Shown here piece by piece: positions 25,222-38,200 of a stretch of 64,000 nucleotides of DNA. Origin of the DNA: Antedon mediterranea. Taxonomy: Eukaryota; Animalia; Echinodermata. The position numbers and the translations under genes are program-made. Under the pieces are notes generated by a model that did no database searches, was not told the origin of the DNA, and was given only the letters and a program-made list of their open reading frames with translations. The number at the start of each line of letters is the position of its first letter. The first letter of the stretch is position 1. The stretch covers positions 12,894,352 through 12,958,351 of the forward strand of contig NC_092678.1 in the NCBI RefSeq assembly GCF_964355755.1. Direction: 5' to 3'.

Positions 25222-26268
25222 ATGAGTTTTTCAACGTTGTTAAACATTTTTGCATTTCTGCTATATTCTACAATATTTCTGCTAACCATCCAAGCATCTG
25301 ACAATGATGTGTTACTTGAATTTAAACCTCGTGAAAATGAAGATCTGTACCATATCAGAATCCATAGTACAACAGGAGATATCTACATAGGGGCCTACAA
25401 CTCACTGTACAGACTGTCAGAAGATTTTACTATTATTTATAGTATTTCAACATGTTCATCAGGTGATTGCAATAATATTAATAAAATATTAGAAATTGAT
25501 TATGATCATGATAGATTGATCACGTGTGGAGGGGGTAACAATGGAAGATGTGAAGGAAGGTCTCTTGTGGATTTAACTTTAGATGGAAGTGATGTATTTG
25601 ATGGAATAGTAAGTGAACTGTCAGCAGTTGGAATCATTGCACCTGGAGTGTTGGGTGATGGTACTGATGATAGAGATGATGTTTTTAAACAAAATTTGTT
25701 ATATGTTTCATCTGGACATACATCATTGGATCCCGTAGAATATTCTTACAATTATGTTTATTCTAGAAGACGTCTTGATAATGAACGGCTATTTCAAATT
25801 TCTAACTCTGTATTCAATGCTATCTCACCATCCTATAATAACCTTATTCAATTCAAAACAGCATTTACTTATAAAGGATACACTCACTTTGCTGCATTTA
25901 GACCTGATGATACTGATTACTTTCATTCTCGACTGAGTCGTGTTTGTCAAGACAACTCATTCTTCACATTTTCCGAGGTCTACATTCGTTGTGTAGTTAA
26001 TCATGTAGATTACAACTTGATACAAGGCATGTCTATGGGTCCTGTAGGATCTGAATTGGCTACCTCACTACTACAAGCTGGAGATAATGTATTGTATGGA
26101 GTATTTGCTAAAGGTGATGGAAGTGGAGTTGCAACTGGACAATCTGCAGTGTGTATTTACAAGTGGAATGACATAGAAGATGCATTCTTCAAAGCTTTAA
26201 ATGGATGTATAAACGTTAATAATGATGTTCATACTCTAGACTATGCTGAGGATGCTGATTGTCCACAG
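25222..26268 (+). CDS. Large first coding exon of plexin-like paralog 2 (signal peptide + most of Sema domain)
   Basis: ORF 25222..26298. Acceptor AG at 25194-95, donor GT at 26269-70. Clear homolog of ORF 3206..4258. Confidence 0.92.
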
Positions 26269-29200
26269 GTATGCATTGTATTCTTTTTGTCTTCATAACC
26301 AATCAGTCATACTAAAGTGAAGCATGTACATAGTTGTTTTCACAAGAAGAACATTTCTTTATTGCATGTTTAATATAGGTTACATCTGCATTGGTATTAC
26401 CTGTTTGTTGTAATTATAATTTCATTATAATAGCATATAAATATCTGAATAACGATGAAGAAGTTTCTATATTGAATGATACTGTACCTCAAAAATATTA
26501 AATTAAAAAAATATACAATGCTGCACACTAAACAGCTTCATTCTTTTCTTATAGAATATTAATAATAAACTAAAACATTTTAATATTTTGAAAATCAATC
26601 AAAAGCATTTTTAAATGGGTCTATTAATCATAAATTAGACCCTTAAAAGGTCCCTTACAACATCTTTAATTAATTTTATATAAAGAATTAACAATAAAAG
26701 CGTTTTATAAATATCATACTTAGGCTATATGCCTATTTCTATTGATGTATGTGTGATGACATGTTATAACAAATACTGCCTAAAATGGAAAACAATACAA
26801 ACAAAACATGTGTATGACTTTTAAAATTTGACAATACAAAAAAACATATTTGGTATCTTGGGCTTAGATCAACACGAGACATTGCTCAGTTTGTAGATTT
26901 ATACTACCAAGCGTGATTAATAAAACGAACGTCTTCGACACTAAGAGGTCCGCCGAACTTAGTTTAAATCTATATAAAAGTACATCGTAAGTGTATGGTG
27001 TAAAATTCATCAACAATTAAATTGAGTTTTTTACAAAAAAAAAGAAAACAACAAGCACTTCATTGTTATTCTTATTTGACCAATATTTATTTTGGCTTCC
27101 ATTATATTGGAAATGAAAATACTGATATTTGTTTGGTGGTGTTTGGAATGCGATAAGCACTATCGTCAATGGAGAGATCATATAACTCAAGATTTGTATG
27201 CCTGTGGTATAGAGAACATGTCAGTAGTTATTTTCGTGTAACATGCAAAGGTGAGCAAAATCATATAGTAATCCAGCTATGACACAGATACATCGGACGA
27301 TGAAGGCAATGACCAGTGCGCCTGTCTGATACCATCAGATATTGACGTTGGATTTTACATGTCATTACATCCGCTTCATTATAATTTCAACGCTCACTGT
27401 ATTTTTTTTCGGAAATATTTTAAAGCCTATAGTATCAATTTTTGTTAAATTTTGAATGCAGTGTTTTTGTCACAAAACATGGAAATTGTAAAAAATCTCT
27501 TTGAGTTACCGTCAGAACATAACATTAGGCCTATATCATATTAGAGTTTTTCGAAGCCATAAAGAATAAGGATAGCATTCATTTTTTTTTTATAAGCAAT
27601 TGAGTTTGGTTCCCTACACCTCATGTCTGTCTAATTTCAGGAACTGTCAATTTTAGCATCCTACTACAAAAATGATTTATCTAAAATATTCAACGTGTTT
27701 CTGGTATGTTCTTTGAAATGTCTGTCAACATTTTCGACATCTGCAGACGATGTGCTTCTTCAGTTTAAACCTAATAAAAAGAAGATCTGTATCATATTCG
27801 AATTCACAATACATACAACAGAAGGAGGGCTCGTGCTGAGCCTAAGCTCAAGTGAGGTTCTTGTAATAGTCCGGTATCGGATAGTGATAGGGCTATCTGT
27901 TGGATACAAAGAAACTATTTATTGTGTTGCTGTCTTATAACAATGCCGTAAAGAAAAGAGAAATGATAGGCCTAATATATAAGTGTGATAACGATAATAA
28001 AAATAAAAGTGTATCGTAATAAATTCCCCTATCTTTGATATCTTTCATTATAGTCTCGTATGCCCATTTGGGAGGAAGGAGAGACGATGGCGTTCAGTGG
28101 ATCCCCCCGGTCACTTGTATATAAACCAAACGGGGGGGGGGGGGGGTGCAGCAGCCACTTCAAGACATGAGGCACTACCTGTTTTACTGAAAAATACTAC
28201 GGACTTGAACTATAAGTCCAGGAGTATTAGACAAAAAAGGGCCAAAGGTAGAAATAAATATGCTAAAGCTGAATTTTTCAGGATAGGTCCCCAATGTTGT
28301 CTGGAACAACATACTAAAAGTCCCCGGGTTTCCCCGTTGTGCTTCAACCTGATTGGGCCATTTTTCAAAATGGCGGCCATCTTAACATTATTTACCATAT
28401 TTTGACAAACAGTAGGTGTAAGTAAACAATTTTGGTGTCAAAATACTCAGAAGACCAATATTTATATTCACTGTAATGGAGAAGTTTTTAAAAAAATGGA
28501 CTTTGACCATAAATTTGGATTATCTCAATATCTCATCAACGACTGGCCGTAGAGAGTTCAAAATTGTCCCAAATTATTCAGAATGCCCAACTTTCTATTC
28601 ACTCTAATGAAAGTAAAATACTAAATTCCTTTAGAAACCTTCTGTTCTGACCTTTGAACTATTGACCTAAGCATATTTTAATTTTATAGACATCTTAGTG
28701 ATCGATAGGAGTACATAAGTGAAATTGGTGTCAAAATACTCAGAAGACCAATATTTATATTCACTGTAATGGAGAAGTTTTTAAAAAAATGACCGGAAAT
28801 GCATGTTTTGAACTTTGACCCTAAATTTGGATTATCTCAATATCTCATCAACAACTGGCCGTAGAGACTTCAAAGTTGTCCCAAATTATTCGGAATGCCC
28901 AACTTTCTATCTACTTTAATGAAAGAAAAATACCAAAAACCTTTAGAAACCTTCTATTTTGACCTTTGAACCCTTGATCTGGTCATATTTTATAGAATAG
29001 AAAGTTGGGCATTCTGAATAATTTGGGACAACTTTGAAGTCTCTACGGCCAGTTGTTGATGAGATATTGAGATAATCCAAATTTAGGGTCAAATATCAAA
29101 ACAGGCATTTCTGACCATTTTTTGTTAAACTTTTTCATTACAGTGAATATAAATATCTATAAAACTCTAGAACTAAGAAGTTAAAAAGAAAACTTCTTGC

Positions 29201-32200
29201 ATCCGAGTTTCAAAACAAACTCAGGATTATTGGCAATGATTGCCGTAAGCAATCAACGGTAATGGCCTGAAAGGGACATCACAAATTTGGTCTACCTGCA
29301 GACTTAGTCATTTCAACAAAAATGACTCTACCTTCGGATGACTTCAGGGCTTTTAGGAAACCCTGCAGAAGGTTCGTTGGGACTTATAACAAGAATCAGG
29401 GCAACACCTCTGATTCAGTTGTTAAAAATAATTGTCGACTTTCTAAAGGAGAGAAAAAACGTCTTTCCCGAGGACCCCAAACCAAGGCAGGTCGGCGCAC
29501 AACAACTATCTTTTGATATAGAGTCTTTTTCCAGAAGATTACGATTACGTGAATATTTTGCTGATTTAGACAGCAGCACGATGCAAAACGAAGGCAACAT
29601 TACCAAATTTAAACCAAATAGTTCCTGGAATCCACCTAAAAATCGTTGTCCAGCTTTAGAAACATTTATCCAGGCTATTGAGGAGGATGTACAAAACTAC
29701 GTCCCGAGTCCAGATAAACGTGACATTCTCCCAAAACAAGAGAGGCAGGCCAGTTGCGTCAGCGTAATGATATCATCATTAAACCCGCTGATAAAGGTTC
29801 TGCCATTGTTGCTATGGACATCAAATTTTATGAAAAGGAATCCTTAAGACAGCCAAACAATCCTCTTCATTATATATCGTAAACGGACCCCTCCCCCCCC
29901 CCCGGAAATTGCGGATAAGGTGGCCAAATCTGTTTCTGTGATGGTAAAAAAACACTCTATCGATCCTAAGATTGGACTTCATTTGGAACAGGTCAATCCA
30001 GTTCCAGGCAGATTTTATTTCCTACCTAAAATCCACAAAGCAGGCAATCCTGGTAGACCCATTATTTCGGGCAATGGCACTGCTACAGAGGAAATTTCTG
30101 AATATGGGGATGATTTACTTAGACCATATGTGACTAATCTCCCTTCATACATTCAGAACTCCACGGGCTTTATCCGCAAAATTAACCAAATTTCTGACTA
30201 CATTAGATGTTTCATCGTTGTATACGAATATCCCTCACAAAGAAGGAGCTGACGCATGTATTTTAAATTACAAGCAAATTACAGGCAAAACGCCTACTAA
30301 AGCTCATTTATGAGAACAGGTCATGTTGATTTTAACAACAACAATTTTATTTACCTTCAAATTCATGGCACAGCGATGGGCACAAATGGCCTCATCTTTT
30401 GCAAATTTATTTATGGGACAATTTGAGGCCAAATGTCTGTCCCTCCAACCTAATAAACCACTTTTTTTGGTTTTATTTATTTATTCAAGATCCAACAGTG
30501 TAAAGAAAAAACAGGATCGCCATAAATAAAATATATATAGATACATTGACGACATCTGCATGATCTGGACCCATGGTGAAGTTAATTTGTAATTTTTTCT
30601 TCTCAATATTAATTCAGCCCACCCAACTATCAAATTTACAGCTACCAAATCCACTAGTAGCGTTGATTTTTTTATCCGTAAACCTGCGGATAAAAATATG
30701 TACCTGCTCTCTAGCAGTTGTCATCCCCAACACTGTACTAAAAACATACCGAACAGTAAAGCATTACGTGTCAGACGCATCTGTTCTTCAGATTTAGATT
30801 TTCAGAATCGTACCGAAGAACTAACCGGACATCTCCGGAATAGAAATTACAAGAAGGAATGCATCAAAACTGCTATAAAGAAAGCAAAAAATATTCCTCG
30901 ATGTCAAACACTGACGTACAAACTACGTCAGCCAAATTCGACTGGTGCCATTGGTCACAACCTATCGCCCTAGGTTGCCTCCATTACGGGCTATTAATTT
31001 ATTGAGAAACATATGCTCATTCTAAAGTCCACAGAACCTCCCAGAACTGTTTTTCCGGAACCACCCATTATTGCATTTCGTAGACCTCCCAACCTTCGTG
31101 ATATATTAGTCAGATCCTAATTTAATTGTGAAATCTCATATTCTAATGAAACAGTTCATTGATTTTAAGTTATGTTTACACTATCAAACTAGTTTGACAA
31201 AATAAAAAGTCACCTTTGAGGCAAATCTTGCAAAACTTGTTCATTGGTTGGTTCTAATGAAAAATTTAAGAGTAACCAAACTGGCCGCATTATTCGGATA
31301 AGACAATCAATTAATATCGTTTAACCAAAAACGTCATTTATCTCATATACTGTAATATTTGTGGAAAACAGTACGTCGGAGAAAAAAAAAATTTACCCGA
31401 GTCTGTACTTGTTATATATATTTGGCTTATATACGTTTTAAGTGAAACTCTTAAACTATTTTTCCTTTTAGAATGGTAATGATCATTTTATCGTCATTGA
31501 TGTGATATATTTTTTGTTTTGTGTTAGTTAAACTTTATTAAATTAAACATGTTGTTTTAGGTGTTTTTTTTGCTGCTGGTGGTATCTACAATATCTAAGC
31601 TACGCCATACTTGGGGTAAATGGGGTCTCTAATCGAACTTTAGAGGGGTCTGCCAGGGCCAAGGCAGTGTACTAGTCTGTAATAGGTCATTTGGTATTGC
31701 TTACAATGTGCTAAATTATGTAACATTGGTTGCTGGTGGTATCTATAATATCTAAGCTGGGCTAGTGGGGGAAAGGAGAGTAGTCTAACTTCGCAGGTGT
31801 CTGCGATGCAGCAGACAATTAGTCTGTTGTCATCCATTTAGTATTGTATGAACACAACTTGTTCATTTGGCATTAATTTTGAGTGGTACCTCACTCATCT
31901 ATGCTAACCCCATTTTAGGCCCTCCCTGGGGGAGAAGGGGGGGGGGGGGTCTGGCGGGCCTTTTACAGCAGACAAAAGTCTGTCATTTGTGATACTGTTA
32001 TAAGGATGCCAATGGGCATCCCATGGTGGTAAAATTAGGTGCTATCTCTCTCATCTAACCGGGGCCGATTTTTTAGCACGTTTTGGGCCCCCCCCCCCCA
32101 GTCTAGACGCAGCAGGGTGTACCCGGCAGACTCCCATTTTCATTGACTTCAAGTGACCCACAACACACTTAAATAGTCAGATATTGGTACCTAGCTCATC

Positions 32201-35200
32201 TAACCAAATGTCTCTGGGCTGCCGGTCTAATAAGGCAGTCGGCAATGTCCGAGTTAAGGGGATGACTAAAATCATTCCATATCACTCTAAACAAATTGCG
32301 CAACCATTCATGATAGACCCAGTCCACCACAGGTAATTCACATCCAACCATCCTCCCTGCCCTCCTCACCAACCTGTCTATTCTATCCCTATATCCCCTA
32401 CCAACATTCCAAACCTCAACCCAACAGACAATATCCCCAAACAGAACTAATCACTGACAAATAAAACATACGAAGGATGTGGCTATCAACATTAAATGAG
32501 CGTAGTTTACGTAGGCAGTACATGCGTGAATTTAGTTTCTTTATAATTTAATTTATGTGTTCCTCCCAGGACAGATATTCAGCAAAAACCACCCACAGAT
32601 ACTTAAAACTAGATACCCTCTCTACTTTAGTATTCTTTATAAGCACGTATTTAGCCTCGACCCTCTTTTCAGTCCGGAAATCTATCACCATATCTTTGGT
32701 TTTTGAGACTTTCAATTCCAAATAATTTAAATCACAATATTCTACAAATCGTTTAATTTCTGAAATATACTGAGAATCATCATACCCCCTGATTAACCAA
32801 TGAGAGCAGTGTCGTCAGCGAATTTAATAGCAGGACAGGAGGTTTGGTCATTAGATCTAAAGTCAGCGGTATAGACTGAAAATAGAAATGGAGCTAACAC
32901 CGTACCCTGGGGTGCGCCTGTGTTTGTAAAAATTAAATCCGAGATGGCTCCTGTACTTAACTTAACATATTGACTACGATTTACTAAAAAATTATATATA
33001 AAGAATATTAGTGAGTGCGGGAGTTCCATATTAAACAATTTATTAATTAGGAGAGGTTGGATAGTGTTGAAGGCGGAGCTAAAGTCATAATATATGATTC
33101 TCACAGAGTGAACGAATTTAGCTACGCTTTCAAGATGAGAGTATAATATCTTTTCGAGTTTAAGCAATATATAGCATCTTCAGTATTTCGTGAACTTCTG
33201 TACGCGAATTGCAGCGAGTCTAAATATTGGGAGATTAACGGCTTTAACTTATTGAGGACAATCCTTTCACACACTTTCATAACAACAGAGGTTAAAGCAA
33301 TTGGTCATACATTTGACACTATTATTTTTCGGGACAGGGACGATACATTTTTTCCAAATGTTGGGCAGTAAATGATTTAAGAAACAAACATTAAAAATGG
33401 TATTAAAAATTCCAGCTAACTGTGAGGAACATGTTTTAATAACTTTTGATAAGATAAAGTCCGGGCCAGTTGCTTTAGAAGCTTTCTGGCGGGAAACATA
33501 TCTCCTCACTTCAGCTACATCAGTTTGGAACTCGTATGCACAGGCGTCGTGATTTGATAGTAGGGTGTCCTTGATAACCTTCTGTTCAGATGCAAAATCA
33601 TATTTGTCAAACCTGTTGTAGAAGTTGTTAAGTTTATTTGCGTATTGTCCATTCATATTACTATTTGTTACTTCCCGGCATTGATACGCTTGAATAACCT
33701 CTTATTTGTCGCATGCCTTTCCAAACTTTGTTTACGTCGTTATCACCGAGATTTTTTTCAATTTTCTTCTTATATATACGTTTCTGTTCCTTTATTTCAC
33801 GTTTAAGTTCATGTTGGATGATTTTAAGTTGATCTTTGTCACCGCTTTTGAACTCGATTTTTTCCTATTGATGATTGCTTTAACACTCGGAGTGATCCAT
33901 GGCTTGTTATTGCTGTATAACTTAATTTCTTTGGACGGTATCGCGATATCTGTGCAGAAACCAATATATGAACTCACGGATTCTGTCAATTCATTTATAT
34001 CTGACGATTTTTCAGTAAAAACAGACCAGTTGGTGGCGTCAAGTTTAATCGATCAATATTTTCCGGTGACCAACATTTCACTACTATCTTCCTCTGTTTC
34101 TGTCTTTGTACAAGGGGCTTATATTTCGGAGAACTAAGTTTGTGATCCTCCTAAGTTCGGTAGTTTCGTCGACGAGTACGCGTTTTTCACATTGGAATAA
34201 CAGATATCCAATGTGGCTGCATCCCGGGTGCGATTTTTTTTTTCGTACATAAGTTGGGGACCCCCTCATGAAACGTCACAAAATAAACATGAATAATTCA
34301 TCAGCTAAATTTTCTTGTTCCGTGTGCACCCAAGCGTATAGCGAAGTGATTACAGTTTACACAAGTGCGGTACGATTCTAGGCCTATCTCCGCTGTGGTT
34401 GCCGCGTGCGATTATTTCATAATAGAATAGCGGCGTTTTGTGTGGATTGTCGAAATAATCAGCCTTTAGTTTATGGTGTTTTTAATATAATTTATTACTA
34501 AAGAATTACGTGTTAAAATTATAGTTTCTAATGATACTATTAGGCCTAATTACTAGTCTCTAAACCCATGTCTATTCTAGTAGTAGCTGTGTTGGTGTGT
34601 GTGACGTGTGTGTTAGTTAGGTATGACACAGTCCGAGTAATAAGTCAGCAAAATTAAACAATAAACATTACACAAAAATACATTTTTTATTCTCGTGGGT
34701 CTAATCTTCCCATCTCATGTGTTCATATACGCGCATTTTTAAAGTTCCTTTGAGTACATGCATATTGTTTGATAATTGATAGCAGAATTAAAAAATTACA
34801 GTGCACAAATTATACACATTCTTTATTCTTGTGGGTCTAAGCTTTCTTTGGGCTATGTCCAATTACTACTTAGTTTAATGTCTTGCCTAGGTGTCGATTA
34901 GCCTCAACACATTTTGCATAGTGGACGTGTGTGTGAAGAAGAGGTGCGCGAAGGCAATCACGTGAATTGACCTAGAATCCTAGGCCTCAATCAATCAATC
35001 AATCAATCAAAGTAACATTTATTTCTCTTGTCTTTCATAGAAAATAAAAATTAACAGTAAAAATTTTTAAAATAAGAGGGGCAACATTCCTAAAAAGCAA
35101 AGCTTGTATAAGGCAGCCCATAGAAAATGAAAAAAAAAAAACAGGACAACACGGGAACCGGAAACAGGACAAAAACAGTAATGAAGACTTTTAGATTCAG

Positions 35201-38200
35201 GGTACCGAAAAGACTAAATATCAAAACTACAATGAGTGAAAGGATAATTAAACATAACTAGATAAGAGGTGCCGTTTCAATTTAAAAGGAAAACTCTTCT
35301 TAGACAAAGCACTTTTTATATTAACTGGTACGTTATCCCAAAGTTTAGGACCAGTGAACTTAATGCTATGTTTAAAAGAAGTAGTTTTAAAAAAAGGAAT
35401 ACGTATTTGATTTGCGCTTCGAGTACTGTGGTTATGAAAATTAAGATTGAAACTAAATAAATCATTAAAGTGTGATGGCAGGATCGAGTTTAGCCATGAA
35501 TAGAGGAAAACACTTTGTTGAAGATGGTTAATATCCTGAATTTTAAGAAGACCAAATGAAGAAAATAAAGGATTGGAATGGGATAAAGGAGAGCATTTGC
35601 TATGTATCTTACGGTTTTCTTTTGGATCAATAACAGTTTGTTTAAGTAGAAAGAATCGTATCGCGGTTGTTGTGTAATCAGATCACTTCTTGTTGCTATA
35701 CGCTTGGGTGCACACGGAACAACAAATTTAACTGATGAATTATTCATGTATATTTTGTGACGTTTCATGAGGGGGTCCCCAACTTATGTACGAAAAAAAA
35801 AATCGCATCCTGGGTACCACAAGATACGTGTTGGTGGTGTGTTCCAATTTTGGTTTCATTGCATTTGTCAACAAGTATCTAAGGTAAAATATAATTGGTT
35901 AAAGAATGATGATCCTAGTTTTTCTGGTATTGCAGAACGTGTTCTGCATTAGCAAACAAAATTATGACCTTACTCGGCGACATTAAAATCGGACAGGAAA
36001 GAATGCAATCGGATATTGATGAGGTGAAGAAAGATGTGAAAGTAAATAAAGATCAGATTAGAATCTTGACCAAGAAGTCTAGTAAGGTAGATTATCATGT
36101 TGGTAAATTTAATGAGGAGGTTTCTGAGCTTGTTGATTAAAATGTGAAGATATTAATGAAAGATCGAAAGGAAAAAAAAATGTAATCTTTGGATTTGAAG
36201 AGAGCTCTAGTCCAGATACTGCCGTAAAGAAATTATATGATCATGATTTTATTAAGAACCTAATAGTCCGGTGGCAGGAGAAATCACCACTCGAAAGGGG
36301 ACAAATTGCCATCCAACTTTTCTAGACCAAAATTTTCCGTACATTACGAATATGGAAGGTAATCGATCAGGATAGGAAGCTTTTTCTAGATATAAGGGTC
36401 AAAGTTCAAAATTGACCAATTACAACAATGTATTATGTATATGTATTATAACACATTTATTGCAGCACAATTTGGTCTTTTATTACATTTTTATGATTAT
36501 AGGTGTTTATTAATAATAATAAACAGTATTTATATAGCGCCTAATTGATCACTGACCCCTCTAGGTACTTTACATTAGACCTTAACTAATGGTAATAAAC
36601 TATCCCCCGCCGGACACCATTCCGGTATTTCTTAGTCGAGGTTTCGGGGATGGAGACAATCAATAATGTGGAAAAAAAAGTAACTAAGCTTAACTATGCT
36701 TAACTAAGGTAAAACTATCCCCCGCCGGACACCATCCCGGTATTTCTGAGTCATGGTTTCGGGGCCAGAATTAAGAATAGAGAGTAAATGAAGCATGCAC
36801 TAACTTAAGCTACGGTTAAACTATCCTCCGCCGGACACCATCCCGGTATTTCTGAGTCAAGGTTTCGGGGAAGGAATACATGAATGAATGAATAAGTTAA
36901 TTAATACCGGATGAGAACAGATGGGCTTTCAGTCGTGATTTAAAAATACTGACTGGCTTGCTTTATCAACGCTTCTATGAATGGATGACTAGTTGGGAGC
37001 AGTAACGCTAGAGTACCAAACCCAGTACCGTTTTTTATTACGATCATGCGGAAAATTACCTCACGACGTAAGAAAGCAACGAGCTGCTTTTCATATACAA
37101 CAAATAGACTTAAAGACATTGCCAATTGCCTACTAATGAACATTATATAACCTAAAATTATCATCACAATATTAATTTAGTTATACAGAATTGTAGAATA
37201 AACGATTGTCTTGGTTGTAAATTTGTAAATTGAAGTCTTACTATAATATTTTTTGGGGGAAATGATAAAAGCGATAAAATTGGTAAAAAGAAATTAGCAA
37301 TCACGTTATTTTTTTCGTAGATTTAAAGCTACCAAAGCTGAAATTACCAATGTGCCTGAACAGTTACAACTTTAAAACGTTGCAAAAGTTAAAAAATAGT
37401 TGGTAGCAAAAAACATTAAAGATAAAAAGACAATAATATGCTTACTGTTATCATAATACGTTGTACGTTTGTGAAAGTCTTTCAGTTTTACTGCTGCTGA
37501 TGTTCAGTCATTGATGAGTCTTCCAAATGACGGTAGGCAACTATACAGACGTTATTCACAAGGTACCTACACAGAAGCAGCAGTATCAGAGGCATTGCTA
37601 ACAGTTAATGATAAAATACTAACATCAGTCACTACAGAAATTGAAGAGAATCGTACAATAGCATTCATAGGCACAGGTAATGGACAACTTATTAAGGTTA
37701 GTAGGCCTACTACGAATTGTTCAATTTGAAATTTTGAAATTGATTATAAAGTTACAGAGATACAAATACACTTTTTTATTTCAATATAACAAGTGTCCAC
37801 AAAGAAATCGCAAAGGGCACGTAAACAAATAATGTATGTCTTTTAAAACTCACTTGGGGACAACAAAGAAAAAATGAAGTATGATTGTTATGTTTTGTGT
37901 ATCAGTATTTTCCCTGTCGACTTAATTTATATAAATATGATTACAATTTTGGCATTTCCTTCAGCAAAGAAAAAAAAACCAACATTCGTCGGATGTGCTG
38001 CATCGGATGAACATTCTTTACATGACCTAATTAGGAATAGCTCTTAGCATTCCTACAATAATGAGGCAGGTCCTAAGTATTGTGAAATAAGTTATTTTCT
38101 TCCAATTTGTCAGGCTGAGTTAACAAACAAAACATCATCTAGACCGTATGAAACTATCACCATAGATACAGGTCAAGAGGTCAGATCAGACACATTTATA

